Of a DNA stretch of 64,000 nucleotides, positions 29,604 to 39,501 are shown piece by piece. The notes under the pieces are model-generated. The model was given only the letters and a program-made list of their open reading frames with translations, was not told the DNA's origin and did not search any database. Location of the stretch: assembly GCA_050298055.1 (NCBI GenBank), contig JBNKTL010000003.1, positions 64,001 to 128,000 of the forward strand, given 5' to 3'. The translations under genes were made by a program, and so were the position numbers. Every line of letters begins with the position of its first letter. The first letter of the stretch is position 1. This stretch comes from Spirochaetota bacterium (lineage in GTDB: Bacteria > Spirochaetota > UBA4802 > UBA5550).

Positions 29604-30371
29604 ATGAACGAAAAGAACCAGAACAAAGAGCTCAATGACTTTCAGCTCAGGAATGTGAAGATATTAACACACCTCCTGTCACACGATGCCATTGATGATG
29701 AAATTGTGGAATATCTCCGCAGGGCGGAACTGGATTACTTCGCCCTTATTGACAAGTATGAAATCCTCGAGCACAAGATCAATGTTGATGATAAGACCAA
29801 CCTTCTGAAATACAAAAATGATTACCTCACAAACATATTAAAGACCGCGTCAAGGATCTATTTTGGCGCGGAAAACGCGGCTTACTCAATCTCCATGGTG
29901 AGGTTTGATATCGACGACTTCTCGGTATTTAATAATAAATACGGCCATGACCTGGGTGACAGGGTCTTAAAGAAAATTGCCGGTATCATCAGGTCACATT
30001 CACGGCCCACCGATTACGCCATACGGTTCGGCGGAGAAGAATTCGACGTTCTTCTGCCGGCAACAGACCTTGAAGGGACCGGGATATTTCTGGAAAATAT
30101 CTTCAGGGAGATACGGAAAGCTGAAATCGTTCATAAAAAAGAAAAACTCAGGGCCACCGTAAGTGCCGGAGCTTCTTCAATGGTCTACAGTTTCAGCAAT
30201 AATAAAAAGATAGATGAAGATGAAATAGAGAACTACTTTATGCTTCTTCAGAATGAAGCGGATGACGCCCTCTACGACGCGAAAAACTGCGGAAAGGACC
30301 GGTACTGCATTTATAACAGGTCGAGAAAAGAGGAATATTCAACAATCAGGGATTCCTACTGCGGCAAATAG
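29604..30371 (+). CDS. Diguanylate cyclase (GGDEF)
   Basis: DIDDF..FNNKYGHDLGD; RPTD I-site; RFGGEEF. Confidence 0.92.
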   Translation: MNEKNQNKELNDFQLRNVKILTHLLSHDAIDDEIVEYLRRAELDYFALIDKYEILEHKINVDDKTNLLKYKNDYLTNILKTASRIYFGAENAAYSISMVRFDIDDFSVFNNKYGHDLGDRVLKKIAGIIRSHSRPTDYAIRFGGEEFDVLLPATDLEGTGIFLENIFREIRKAEIVHKKEKLRATVSAGASSMVYSFSNNKKIDEDEIENYFMLLQNEADDALYDAKNCGKDRYCIYNRSRKEEYSTIRDSYCGK

Positions 30372-30383
30372 GAAACACCGGGA

Positions 30384-31418
30384 TCAATTCTCCCTGTCCA
30401 GGAGTTCCCCAATACCCTTCCCGGCGGGATTCTCCACAACACCTTTTTCCGTAATGATAGCTGTAATAAATTCCGCCGGCGTTACATCGAACGCGGGATT
30501 TTTCACGGATATTCCTTCCGGCGCGATCTGCACCGATTGGATGTAAACAACTTCTTCGATACTTCTCTCCTCGATGGGGATTCCCTTCCCGGTTTCTGTT
30601 CCGGGATCAAGGGTTGATGTGGGAGCGGCAACATAAAAGGGGATTGAATGGTTTCCCGCGAGAACGGAGTGAGTATAGGTCCCGATCTTGTTGGCGGTAT
30701 CACCGTTAAGCGCGATCCTGTCTGCGCCCACAATGATCTTTTTTATCACACCCTCCTTCATGAAATAGCCTGACATATTGTCCGTTATAAGGGTCACGGG
30801 AATATTGTCCCTGGAGAGTTCCCACGCGGTGAGCCGGGCACCCTGCAGGTAGGGCCGCGTTTCACAGGCAAAAACTTCTATCTTCTTTCCTTCTTCAACG
30901 GCGGCCCTGATCACTCCCAGGGCGGTCCCGTAACCACCTGTTGCCAGCGCCCCGGCATTGCAGTGGGTCATGACAACATCCCCGTCTTCCAGGAACCGGC
31001 TCCCGTTTTGGCCCATCTTTTTGTTCATTTCAATATCTTCACGGTAGATATTCAATGCCTCGGCTTCCAGTTTCTCCGCCGCGGTCCCGGTATTATCCGA
31101 CAGATCGATGATCTTCTTCATCCTTTCCGCGGCCCAGAAGAGGTTGACCGCCGTGGGACGTGTCCCTTTAAAGAGTTCAATAATCCGGGACATCTCCTCC
31201 TTAAAGCTCTCAAGGCTTTTGCTCTTGAGATTTTTCGCCGCCAGGGCGATCCCCATCCCCGCGGCAATCCCGATAGCGGGCGCCCCCCGTATCTCCATCT
31301 CCCGGATGGAAACCGCCACGTCACGGTAATTACCATAGTTGTTATAGACCTCGTGAAGAGGGAGTTTTCGCTGGTCCAGTATGGTTACATGGTCGCCGTT
31401 CCATTTGATTGAATTCAT
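30384..31418 (-). CDS. mtnA: Methylthioribose-1-phosphate isomerase
   Basis: IRGAPAIG, TRPTAVNL, THCNAGALAT, ETRPYLQGARLT, NPAFDVTP. Confidence 0.96.
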   Translation of the reverse strand: MNSIKWNGDHVTILDQRKLPLHEVYNNYGNYRDVAVSIREMEIRGAPAIGIAAGMGIALAAKNLKSKSLESFKEEMSRIIELFKGTRPTAVNLFWAAERMKKIIDLSDNTGTAAEKLEAEALNIYREDIEMNKKMGQNGSRFLEDGDVVMTHCNAGALATGGYGTALGVIRAAVEEGKKIEVFACETRPYLQGARLTAWELSRDNIPVTLITDNMSGYFMKEGVIKKIIVGADRIALNGDTANKIGTYTHSVLAGNHSIPFYVAAPTSTLDPGTETGKGIPIEERSIEEVVYIQSVQIAPEGISVKNPAFDVTPAEFITAIITEKGVVENPAGKGIGELLDREN

Positions 31419-31427
31419 GAGTGCCCT

Positions 31428-32348
31428 TTATTCTCCTTCATTTCTGTCTACCCGGTATTTTCTCAAGCGGATGATATTGCCATCATCATTCCAGTCCACT
31501 TCATCCATATGGATCCTGATAATTAAAAGTCCCCTGCCGCTGCTCTTGAAAAAGTTTTCGGGGTCCCGGGGGTCCGGAAGCCCCTTATGGTTGAACCCGG
31601 GACCGTCATCCTCAATAAAGTACTCAACATAGTCCCTGGTCAGTTCATATTTTATTGTGATTTTCCTTTTGACATAGTATTCGTCATTTTTCCGCTTTTC
31701 GATCTCCTCGTTGAAACTCTTTATTCCCCCGTAGTTTTTTACATCGGACGAGATCTCAAGGGCGCCGTGAAACATGGCATTGCTGAGGGCCTCCACAAGA
31801 GCGAGGGTTATATTCTCCGCCGTTGTGGTATTGCAGAGACCCGACGGGACAAGGTTCTTTGTCAGCTTGTAGGATATTGCATTTATAATAGCGGGATCAA
31901 CGGGGACACGGTAAATTGTCTTTTCATAGTCAACATACTGAAGATAGTTGTCAACGAGCTTCTGTTCCTTCTTGCTGCGAAGGATCGTTCTCACCGAAGA
32001 GGAAATTTCATTGATATCAAAAGGTTTCCTGATAAAGTCACTTGCCCCGAACCGGAGCGCCTTCACCGCATCTTCAACATTTCCGTGACCGGTGATAATA
32101 AGGACCGGGATCGGTTCATCCTGGCTTTTGATCCTCCTGAGAAGTTCGATACCATCCATCTTGCGGAGCTTGATATCGGTGATAACAAGGTCAATTTTAT
32201 GGTCGCCGCTTTTTATAAGATAGAGAACATCTTCGGCTTTTTCCAGGGATATGACGTTATACCCTATCCGGGTGAGCTTTTTCTGAAGAGCAAACCTGAT
32301 AACATCTTCATCATCGACAATGAGGACCGTGGGCTGATTATCGTTCAT
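31428..32348 (-). CDS. Response regulator fused to RsbW-like HATPase (anti-sigma kinase) domain
   Basis: Receiver domain (VDDE, TDIK, KPF); EALSNAMFHG, DDGPGF, SGRGLLII. Confidence 0.85.
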   Translation of the reverse strand: MNDNQPTVLIVDDEDVIRFALQKKLTRIGYNVISLEKAEDVLYLIKSGDHKIDLVITDIKLRKMDGIELLRRIKSQDEPIPVLIITGHGNVEDAVKALRFGASDFIRKPFDINEISSSVRTILRSKKEQKLVDNYLQYVDYEKTIYRVPVDPAIINAISYKLTKNLVPSGLCNTTTAENITLALVEALSNAMFHGALEISSDVKNYGGIKSFNEEIEKRKNDEYYVKRKITIKYELTRDYVEYFIEDDGPGFNHKGLPDPRDPENFFKSSGRGLLIIRIHMDEVDWNDDGNIIRLRKYRVDRNEGE

Positions 32349-32353
32349 CCCTG

Positions 32354-33565
32354 TCAGCTCTCCTCCCTGTCCAGTATCATATGGCCCATCTTGTCCCTCT
32401 TTGTCTTGAGGTAATTAATATTTTCACTCAGCGCTTCAACTTCAATGGGGACCCTCTCAACCACTTCCAGACCGTACCCCTCAAGGCCTATTATCTTTTT
32501 GGGGTTATTCGTGAGAAGCTTTATTTTATGGAGTCCCAGGTCAACAAGCATCTGGGCGCCAATCCCGTAGTCCCTCAGGTCTTCGGGAAAACCGAGTTCA
32601 ATATTTGCTTCAACGGTATCCAGGCCCTTGTCCTGCAGGTGATAGGCCATGATCTTGTTTCCCAGGCCGATACCTCTCCCCTCCTGCCGCATATAGAGAA
32701 TGACACCCGAACCCTCTTTTTCTATCATACTCATTGCCTTGTGAAGCTGGTTCCCGCAGTCACACCTGCGGGACGCAAAAACATCACCTGTCAGGCACTC
32801 TGAATGGACCCTTACCAGGACGTTCTCCATCCCGTCCACGTCCCCCTTTACCAGGGCCACATGGGTGGTGTCGCCAATCTCCGTTTCATAGGCAATGATT
32901 TTAAACTCTCCGAAGTCCGTGGGTAGCGATGCCGAGGAGACCCTTTTTACCAGCCTCTCCTTGTGCTGCCGGTATTTTATGAGGTCGGATATTGTGGCTA
33001 TTTTGAGATCATGTTTTTTCGCGAATTTATCAAGATCACCTCTCCTGGCCATGCTCCCGTCATCGTTCATGATCTCGCAGATAACTCCCGCGGGTTTTAA
33101 ACCCGCAAGCCGCGCAAGGTCCACTGCCCCCTCGGAATGACCGGCCCGCACCAGGACGCCTCCCCTCCTGGCAGCCAGGGGGAATATATGCCCGGGCTTT
33201 TTGAAATCTTCGGCTGTTGTCTTTTCACTTATCATTGCCAGGACCGTATTGGAACGGTCACCGGCGGAAATCCCGGTGGTTGTTCCCTCTTTGGCGTCAA
33301 TGGAGACCGTGAAGGCCGTTCCATACTTGTCATTACTGTCATCCACCATAAGTGAAAGCCCCAGCCGTGCGACAACATCCTGGGTAACGGGAACACAGAC
33401 AAGCCCTCTTCCGAATGACACCATGAAATTAATCACTTCCGGCGTGCAGAACTCGGCGGCAATAACAAGATCGCCTTCATTTTCCCTCTCCTCGTTATCA
33501 ACAAGGATAATCATTTTGCCGTTTCTGATATCTTCAATTATTTCATGTATGTCGCTGGATTTCAT
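32354..33565 (-). CDS. ribBA: Bifunctional DHBP synthase / GTP cyclohydrolase II
   Basis: [44 protein letters not shown]. Confidence 0.97.
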   Translation of the reverse strand: MKSSDIHEIIEDIRNGKMIILVDNEERENEGDLVIAAEFCTPEVINFMVSFGRGLVCVPVTQDVVARLGLSLMVDDSNDKYGTAFTVSIDAKEGTTTGISAGDRSNTVLAMISEKTTAEDFKKPGHIFPLAARRGGVLVRAGHSEGAVDLARLAGLKPAGVICEIMNDDGSMARRGDLDKFAKKHDLKIATISDLIKYRQHKERLVKRVSSASLPTDFGEFKIIAYETEIGDTTHVALVKGDVDGMENVLVRVHSECLTGDVFASRRCDCGNQLHKAMSMIEKEGSGVILYMRQEGRGIGLGNKIMAYHLQDKGLDTVEANIELGFPEDLRDYGIGAQMLVDLGLHKIKLLTNNPKKIIGLEGYGLEVVERVPIEVEALSENINYLKTKRDKMGHMILDREES

Positions 33566-33713
33566 CACGGACCTCCCAATCAACCCCATTAAATTTTGCC
33601 CCCGGATATAGTCAAGATATTAATAGTGTGTAATTTCACGAAGAGTTGTTAGAGAAATTTTAAATACAATAGAACATAACTTTCAGAAGATTAGCAACGG
33701 AGGTTATGAATAT

Positions 33714-33779
33714 AGTTTCGAGTTCCAGGTTCCAAGTTCTTTGTTCATATACAGAGTCTTCAACTCGAAACCCGGAACT
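33714..33779. repeat. Heptamer-repeat inverted repeat (hairpin)
   Basis: gtttcga-gttccag-gttccaa-gtt ... aactcga-aacccgg-aact. Confidence 0.5.
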
Positions 33780-33821
33780 ATACATGCCTCTGTGGTTAAT
33801 CCTAAAATTGGATGAAAAGTA

Positions 33822-34772
33822 TTAAGATAAAGAATCCAGGATCTTGATGATCTCTTCCCGGCTCTCCGCGGTAACCAGGGATCTTCTTATTTTGGCCGCG
33901 TTTTTGAAGCTGTGGATATAGCCGGTGTAATGTTTTCGGAGCAGCCTTATTCCCTTCTCCCCATGGAAGCCGATCATCAGGTCAAGGTGCTCCCTGACCT
34001 GCCGGACGATTTCTTCAACACCGGGTCTTTCCCCTGAAAAGATCCAGGGATTGCCCACGGCGCCCCGCCCGATCATTACACCTGAACATCCCGAACTCTT
34101 AAGCCTCTCCTGGGCCCCGTCATATGAGTCTATGTCACCGTTACCCACAACGGGAAGTTTTGAAAATTCCGCAATTTCGCCGATGATATTCCAGTCCGCT
34201 TCTCCCGCATATTTCTGCGCAACGGTCCTTCCATGGACAATGATAAAGGAAACACCCCCCTCTTCCAGGGCCCGGACAACTTCATGGTAGTTCCGGGTAT
34301 TGTTGTCCCAGCCGGTCCTGATCTTTGCGCTGAGAGGGATCGTTATCCTCTCCCTGATCCTCCCGGCAATCCGGCGCACCCTCTCCGGTTCACGGAGCAG
34401 CGCTGACCCGGCGCCCTCTCCTCCCCGGATCACCCGTCTCGCGGGACACCCTAAATTGATATCGATGAAATCGGGCCCGTACTCCTTCTCCACAATGGCC
34501 GCGGCTTCACCCATGACTTCCGGAGACCTGCCGAAAAGCTGTATTCCCAGGGGCCTCTCCTCCTCATGAAAGCGGAGAAGGTCCAGGGTCTTTTTATTGT
34601 GCCTGATAATTCCCTCGGAGCTCACAAGCTCGGTGATCACCGGCCCGCACCCGTGGCGCCGGGCAATCCGCCTGGCAGGGGAATCGGAGTAGCCCGCAAG
34701 GGGAGCAAAGAAGAGGGGATTTCCCGAGGTAATTTTTTCGAAATCATTCATATGAATGTAGATATTGAGCAA
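33822..34772 (-). CDS. dusB: tRNA dihydrouridine synthase
   Basis: APLAGYSD, IDINLGCP, KIRTGW, VHGRT, NGDI, MIGRGAVGNPW. Confidence 0.93.
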   Translation of the reverse strand: MLNIYIHMNDFEKITSGNPLFFAPLAGYSDSPARRIARRHGCGPVITELVSSEGIIRHNKKTLDLLRFHEEERPLGIQLFGRSPEVMGEAAAIVEKEYGPDFIDINLGCPARRVIRGGEGAGSALLREPERVRRIAGRIRERITIPLSAKIRTGWDNNTRNYHEVVRALEEGGVSFIIVHGRTVAQKYAGEADWNIIGEIAEFSKLPVVGNGDIDSYDGAQERLKSSGCSGVMIGRGAVGNPWIFSGERPGVEEIVRQVREHLDLMIGFHGEKGIRLLRKHYTGYIHSFKNAAKIRRSLVTAESREEIIKILDSLS

Positions 34773-34824
34773 TGAGTTGTTTCTCTGTCAATAGAATAAA
34801 AAGGGAGAAGAGTCAGGAAACACA

Positions 34825-35029
34825 ACAGGTGCTCATCGAGTGATCCTGCATCTCTATATACCGTTTCCTGGCTACTTTGTGAGCAGGATCGTATCAAGGT
34901 GAGCTTCGCTCGCTATGACAGCTCTTTTTAATCTAAAATTAAAACTCTTCTCTGTTCCCCTCGATACAATTTGCCGCATTTTAAAACACAAAGCACTGAA
35001 TCAATAAAGCGGCAAATCACTCGGGGAAC
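34825..35029 (-). repeat. REP-like modules A' (34825-34913) and B' (34952-35029)
   Basis: Reverse complements of the 28742-28965 modules. Confidence 0.8.
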
Positions 35030-35059
35030 ACAACAGAATGACTGCATCCCTCAATCTTC

Positions 35060-35497
35060 TCAGTGCCTCTGTGTCTCTGTGGCAAACTCTGCCTCCATCC
35101 TTCTGATCCTCAACTTCCAGTAGATCCATAAAAAATTGAAGAGAAGAAATGTCAGCCCAAGCAGCCAGCCCATAAGAGGTTCCTTCCGGGGGTCCTGGAG
35201 CAGGGAAGCAACAATACCGGTAACCGCCGTTATTGACCAGATGATCTTCAGGCTCAGCATATTGCTGAAAGTGCCGATTCCGGAATTGCGGCAGAGATAC
35301 GACTCAATACCAATCCCGAAAAGCGCAGCGGCAACAAGCCTCGCGGCAAAAGGGTCCACCACCTCCCAGCCAAGGAGTGTTAAAAACTCAACGGGAAAGA
35401 GAAAGAGGGGGACCGCAAATACAAAATCTATAACAAAGTGTACCAGGAACCAGTTTCTTAGTGAGACCGGGACTTTTTTCTCATTAATTTCTTTCAT
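35060..35497 (-). CDS. Hypothetical 4-TM membrane protein
   Basis: Four hydrophobic segments; last codons lie in a ctctgtgtctctgtgg repeat. Confidence 0.75.
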   Translation of the reverse strand: MKEINEKKVPVSLRNWFLVHFVIDFVFAVPLFLFPVEFLTLLGWEVVDPFAARLVAAALFGIGIESYLCRNSGIGTFSNMLSLKIIWSITAVTGIVASLLQDPRKEPLMGWLLGLTFLLFNFLWIYWKLRIRRMEAEFATETQRH

Positions 35498-35643
35498 AGC
35501 ATTCCCTTATTCTTTTTATTAATTTTAACCCGCTGTTTCAGGAAAATCAATAACTATTTGTCGAAATATCTATTGTAAATATTCTTTATATCTGATTACA
35601 TGGGAAGAAAATATTCTTTTTTCATGAGCGATCAAAAGGAACC

Positions 35644-36849
35644 ATGAAACAGGGGAGATGGAAGAAGGGGCTTACGAGAAACGTCGTCATCCTCGGCTTT
35701 GTAAGCTTTCTTAACGACAGCGCATCTGAGATGATCTACCCGCTGTTGCCGGTATTCATTACGGCCGTGCTGGGCGCAGGCCCCGCGGCACTGGGCATCA
35801 TCGAGGGGATTGCCGAAACAACGGCATCGCTCCTGAAACTCTCTTCCGGCTACCTTTCCGACCGTACCGGGAAACGCAAAGGATGGATCGTGGCCGGATA
35901 TTCCCTCTCCAACATTATCAGGCCGGTCATCGCCTTCACCACGTCCTGGTTCCAGGTGCTGGCGCTCCGCTTCTCGGACCGCGTGGGTAAGGGGCTTCGC
36001 ACGTCACCGCGGGACGCCGTCATTGCCGATTCCACGCCCGCTGAATTCCGGGGCAAGGCCTAAGGCTTTCACCGGGCCCTGGACCATGGGGGCGCCATAG
36101 CGGGACCCCTCGCCGCAACGGGGCTGCTCCTGGTCTGTCCCGGTGATCTTAAAACCGTATTTCTTCTCTCCTTCGTCCCCGGTTTTTTCGCCCTCTGCAT
36201 GCTCGTTTTCGGTCTCACGGAAAAACGACCGGTAAAACCACGTACCACTTCATCATCTTTCGACTTAAGGACCGCGTGGACGGAAATCTCCCCTGAATTC
36301 CGGCGCTATCTCATGATCATCTTCCTGTTCACACTGGGAAACTCAACGGATGCCTTTCTTCTGCTGCGGGCGCAACAGCTGGGTGTACCCGTGACTCTCC
36401 TGCCCATGATCTGGGTCGTGCTCCACGCGGTCAAAGCGGCGTTCTCTGTTCCCGGCGGCATTATATCTGACCGCATGGGAAGAAAGAAAGTCATCATCGC
36501 GGGGTGGATCGTATACGCTTTTGTGTACGCCGGATTTGGCACAGCATCACAGTCCTGGCACCCATGGGCGCTTTTCGGCATGTACGGTATCTATTTCGGT
36601 CTTACGGAAGGGACGGAGAAGGCACTCGTCGCCGACTTCGCACCGGTCCGTCTCCGCGGTTCCGCATTCGGTCTTTATCATCTTTTCACGGGACTCGGGG
36701 CGTTTCCCGCGTCACTGATCTTCGGCGCCGTGTGGCAGAAATTCGGTCCCGCGGCGGCCTTCGGTTTGGGCGCGGCCTTATCGCTCACAGCAAGCGTGCT
36801 GCTGTTTTCACTTGCGGTTAAAAAACCGGGAAAGGGACCCGTTTCTTGA
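35644..36849 (+). pseudogene. MFS transporter interrupted by an in-frame TAA at 36061
   Basis: DRVGKGLRTSPRD...RGKA*GFHRALDH continues in frame into the 36199 ORF. Confidence 0.85.
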
Positions 36850-36998
36850 CCTAATACACTGACAATTTATTCCATTTTTTTGCATTGACATTTTATGGGA
36901 AAAGAGTTACTACTCTATCTCAGTATAAAAGTGAACGAGGTTTTCTCATTTCCAAAGACAATTTTTCCCGGAGCGGTTTCCGGGAAGAAGGAGGAATT

Positions 36999-38114
36999 AT
37001 GAAAAATACTCTTTTTATCATTTACTGTATTTCATTACTGGCAGTATCATGCGGCAGTAGCCACAGCGGAAGCAGCAGCGATATGTTCGGTCTCGGGGCT
37101 GCAGCCGTAGAGTCTCTCCCCCTGGTCGGATCAGATAAAAAAAGAGCTCTTCTATCTTCAGGTAATATTGCGGATTACAATACACTTGCAAACTTCTTTA
37201 AACTCGAATGTTTTATGCCGGGTATGGATAATTTCTGCCCGGCGGGAACAGACACGTCCGGGGGGGCCTCAAATCCCTACAAATTAACCAGTTATACCCT
37301 CATCGGTTCCATCTATCACGCGGACATGTATTCAGGAGGCCATAAAACGGGCTGCCAGGGCACGGATGCGGCTATAACTGCCGGTTCCTTTACGGCAGCA
37401 GAAACCGGCGGTGATCCCGATAAGTTTCTGCTGGACTATTATGACCTGCTGGAATGCCTGGAACAGGATACGTCCGAATATGTAGGGAGCGGGACAAAGT
37501 ACCAGACATATTCCGTGGGGGAAAGCCCGTTTCAGGCAACACTTACCACACGGTACAGGAACCCCTATGAAGGGGTGTCAGACCCGGGGCAGAATGATGT
37601 TTTCCAGGTCTATGTGGGTCTCAGCGGCGACGACCCGGTTTTTCTCGCATATAATTACGCAGGTGCCGATTCCATGCACCAGAGAACAGTCTTATTTGTC
37701 AACTTCGAGACTCACAGGTTCGCGGTGAAACACTATGAGAGCGCGACCAGTTATCTTGTGGCCATCGGCGTGGGAGGAGTGAACCGTGAAACAGGGGAAC
37801 TTAACCCGGGATATTATTATACGAAATTTACCAACGGAAGCATAATAGAAGACAGCGGCTGTGTGGACAATACAACAGGTGATTTCCAGGGGGATACAAG
37901 CGCGTGCACTGCCGCTTCCATACCCTTTTCCGGGACCTGGATAGACAGCAGTTCCGTAGCGGACTATATCGGCATGACATCCGCTGACAGGGCCCGTCTT
38001 GATGCTTTTCTGAGCAAATTCTCGGATGACAATCCTTTAACAGGAGACGATTCACCAGATGACAGCAGCACAGATCCGGAACAAAATTTCCCTTACTCAA
38101 TTACACCGGAGTAA
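36999..38114 (+). CDS. Hypothetical lipoprotein
   Basis: GGAGG RBS; MKNTLFIIYCISLLAVSC lipobox. Confidence 0.8.
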   Translation: MKNTLFIIYCISLLAVSCGSSHSGSSSDMFGLGAAAVESLPLVGSDKKRALLSSGNIADYNTLANFFKLECFMPGMDNFCPAGTDTSGGASNPYKLTSYTLIGSIYHADMYSGGHKTGCQGTDAAITAGSFTAAETGGDPDKFLLDYYDLLECLEQDTSEYVGSGTKYQTYSVGESPFQATLTTRYRNPYEGVSDPGQNDVFQVYVGLSGDDPVFLAYNYAGADSMHQRTVLFVNFETHRFAVKHYESATSYLVAIGVGGVNRETGELNPGYYYTKFTNGSIIEDSGCVDNTTGDFQGDTSACTAASIPFSGTWIDSSSVADYIGMTSADRARLDAFLSKFSDDNPLTGDDSPDDSSTDPEQNFPYSITPE

Positions 38115-38227
38115 AACCGGATCGTTAAACATTAAGGAATACGCTACAACCGAATACTGTTAATGGCCGGGTTAGTTACGCATTAAGGAAAACAACCCGG
38201 AGAAATATGCCCGTTACTCTGAGAAGG

Positions 38228-38254
38228 GATCCATTTCCCTCAGGGAAAGGGATC
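38228..38254. terminator. Hairpin between convergent genes
   Basis: gatccatttccc-tca-gggaaagggatc. Confidence 0.45.
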
Positions 38255-38485
38255 AGATCCTTTTTGCGTAATTCCCGATCTTATCAAGCCATTTTTTCCG
38301 TTTCTCATTACTCATGCCTGTAACGGAACCCACCTTGATCACTTTCACCTTCTTTATTCCGCAGAATTTAATTGTTCCCCTGACCAGGGACCCTTTGAGA
38401 GGATTGCCCACAAAATAATCGTAGTAGAAGTTTGGTCCCATCATTGTTGTTATCACTGTGGCTCCCTTTATATGGGTCAGAAGTA
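38253..38485 (-). pseudogene. C-terminal fragment of a flavodoxin-like NAD(P)H oxidoreductase
   Basis: LLTHIKGATVITTMMGP...TIKFCGIKKV...RKKWL; no N-terminal half; abuts a MITE copy. Confidence 0.6.
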
Positions 38486-38502
38486 TGTATTCATAATGAT
38501 AT

Positions 38503-38639
38503 GTTTCTGCTCAGCTATATGGCTATAATCAACCTATTTACTCAAATACAGACAATATGTCCCCGCCGCCGAAGGCAGCGGGGACATCAGTTATCTTTTT
38601 GATGAATATAATTATTCTTATACATAGCTGAGTAGTTAC
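38503..38639 (-). mobile_element. MITE-like repeat copy 5
   Basis: ctcagctatatgg...atgtccccgccgccgaaggcagcggggacat...catagctgagtagttac. Confidence 0.78.
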
Positions 38640-38818
38640 AATGATTTAAACAAAAACTCCTTATAAAACTGTCACTTTTTTCTATCACTCCTTTTAACAT
38701 CTGAATTTACTCAACTGTATGTTAAATAAATTAATTTTCTCGCCCCTGTAAACGAATAGTTACACAATCAATAATTATTCCGGTTGACATTTTGCATAAA
38801 ATTCCTTAAATAAATTTT

Positions 38819-39301
38819 ATGGATTATTTTGAGAAATTTATTGAAATAATAAACGAGTTGGAAAGAGAAAAAGTGGAGTATGTTCTGGTTGGGGGATATG
38901 CGGTAATATTACATGGACTCCCACGGTTTACTCAGGATATAGATCTTTTTATAAAACCTGAAAGTATCAATATTGAAAAATTTAAAAAGGCGCTGTATAC
39001 TGTTTTTAAGGATGATAGTATAAAAGAAATTACTCTTGATATGCTTAACGAATATCCGGTTATACGCTATGGAACACCTGAAGAATTTTATATAGACATA
39101 ATTGTCCGTATCGGATCAATGTTTTCTTTTTCAGATATTGAGTATGAAATAAAAAAAATTGATTCGCATTCAATAAAAGTAGCAACTGCTGAAACACTCT
39201 ATGCAATGAAAAAGGACACTGTAAGACCAATAGACAAGTCAGATTCTCTCTTTTTACAAGAATTGATAAAAAAATCAAAAAAGAAACAGGAAAACATGTA
39301 A
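38819..39301 (+). CDS. Nucleotidyltransferase family protein (AbiEii/DUF6036-like)
   Basis: YVLVGGYAVILHG..RFTQDIDL; MKK...RPIDKSD. Confidence 0.8.
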   Translation: MDYFEKFIEIINELEREKVEYVLVGGYAVILHGLPRFTQDIDLFIKPESINIEKFKKALYTVFKDDSIKEITLDMLNEYPVIRYGTPEEFYIDIIVRIGSMFSFSDIEYEIKKIDSHSIKVATAETLYAMKKDTVRPIDKSDSLFLQELIKKSKKKQENM

Positions 39302-39492
39302 TGCCCATTTATAAATTCAAATCCTTTGAAGAAGCAGAAAAGGCCTTATGGAATTTTGATCCCGATGAAAATTATTATCAAAAGATTGCGAAACTTTTCC
39401 AACTGGGTTTCAGATTATCTCCCCCTCAATGCAGGCGGGGAATTTTTAAATTTAAAAATTTTGAAGAACGAGAAAAATTTAATAAGAAATAA
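39301..39492 (+). CDS. Small hypothetical protein coupled to the nucleotidyltransferase
   Basis: TAATG overlap; internal repeat YKFKSFEE / FKFKNFEE. Confidence 0.7.
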   Translation: MPIYKFKSFEEAEKALWNFDPDENYYQKIAKLFQLGFRLSPPQCRRGIFKFKNFEEREKFNKK

Positions 39493-39501
39493 TTCCTTCC
39501 C

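Noticed and set aside
31587..32414. 275-aa + strand ORF
   Set aside because: Antisense shadow of the response regulator
36920..36998. Riboswitch upstream of the lipoprotein gene
   Set aside because: Only one hairpin (ttcccgga..tccgggaa) next to the RBS; no recognisable aptamer consensus
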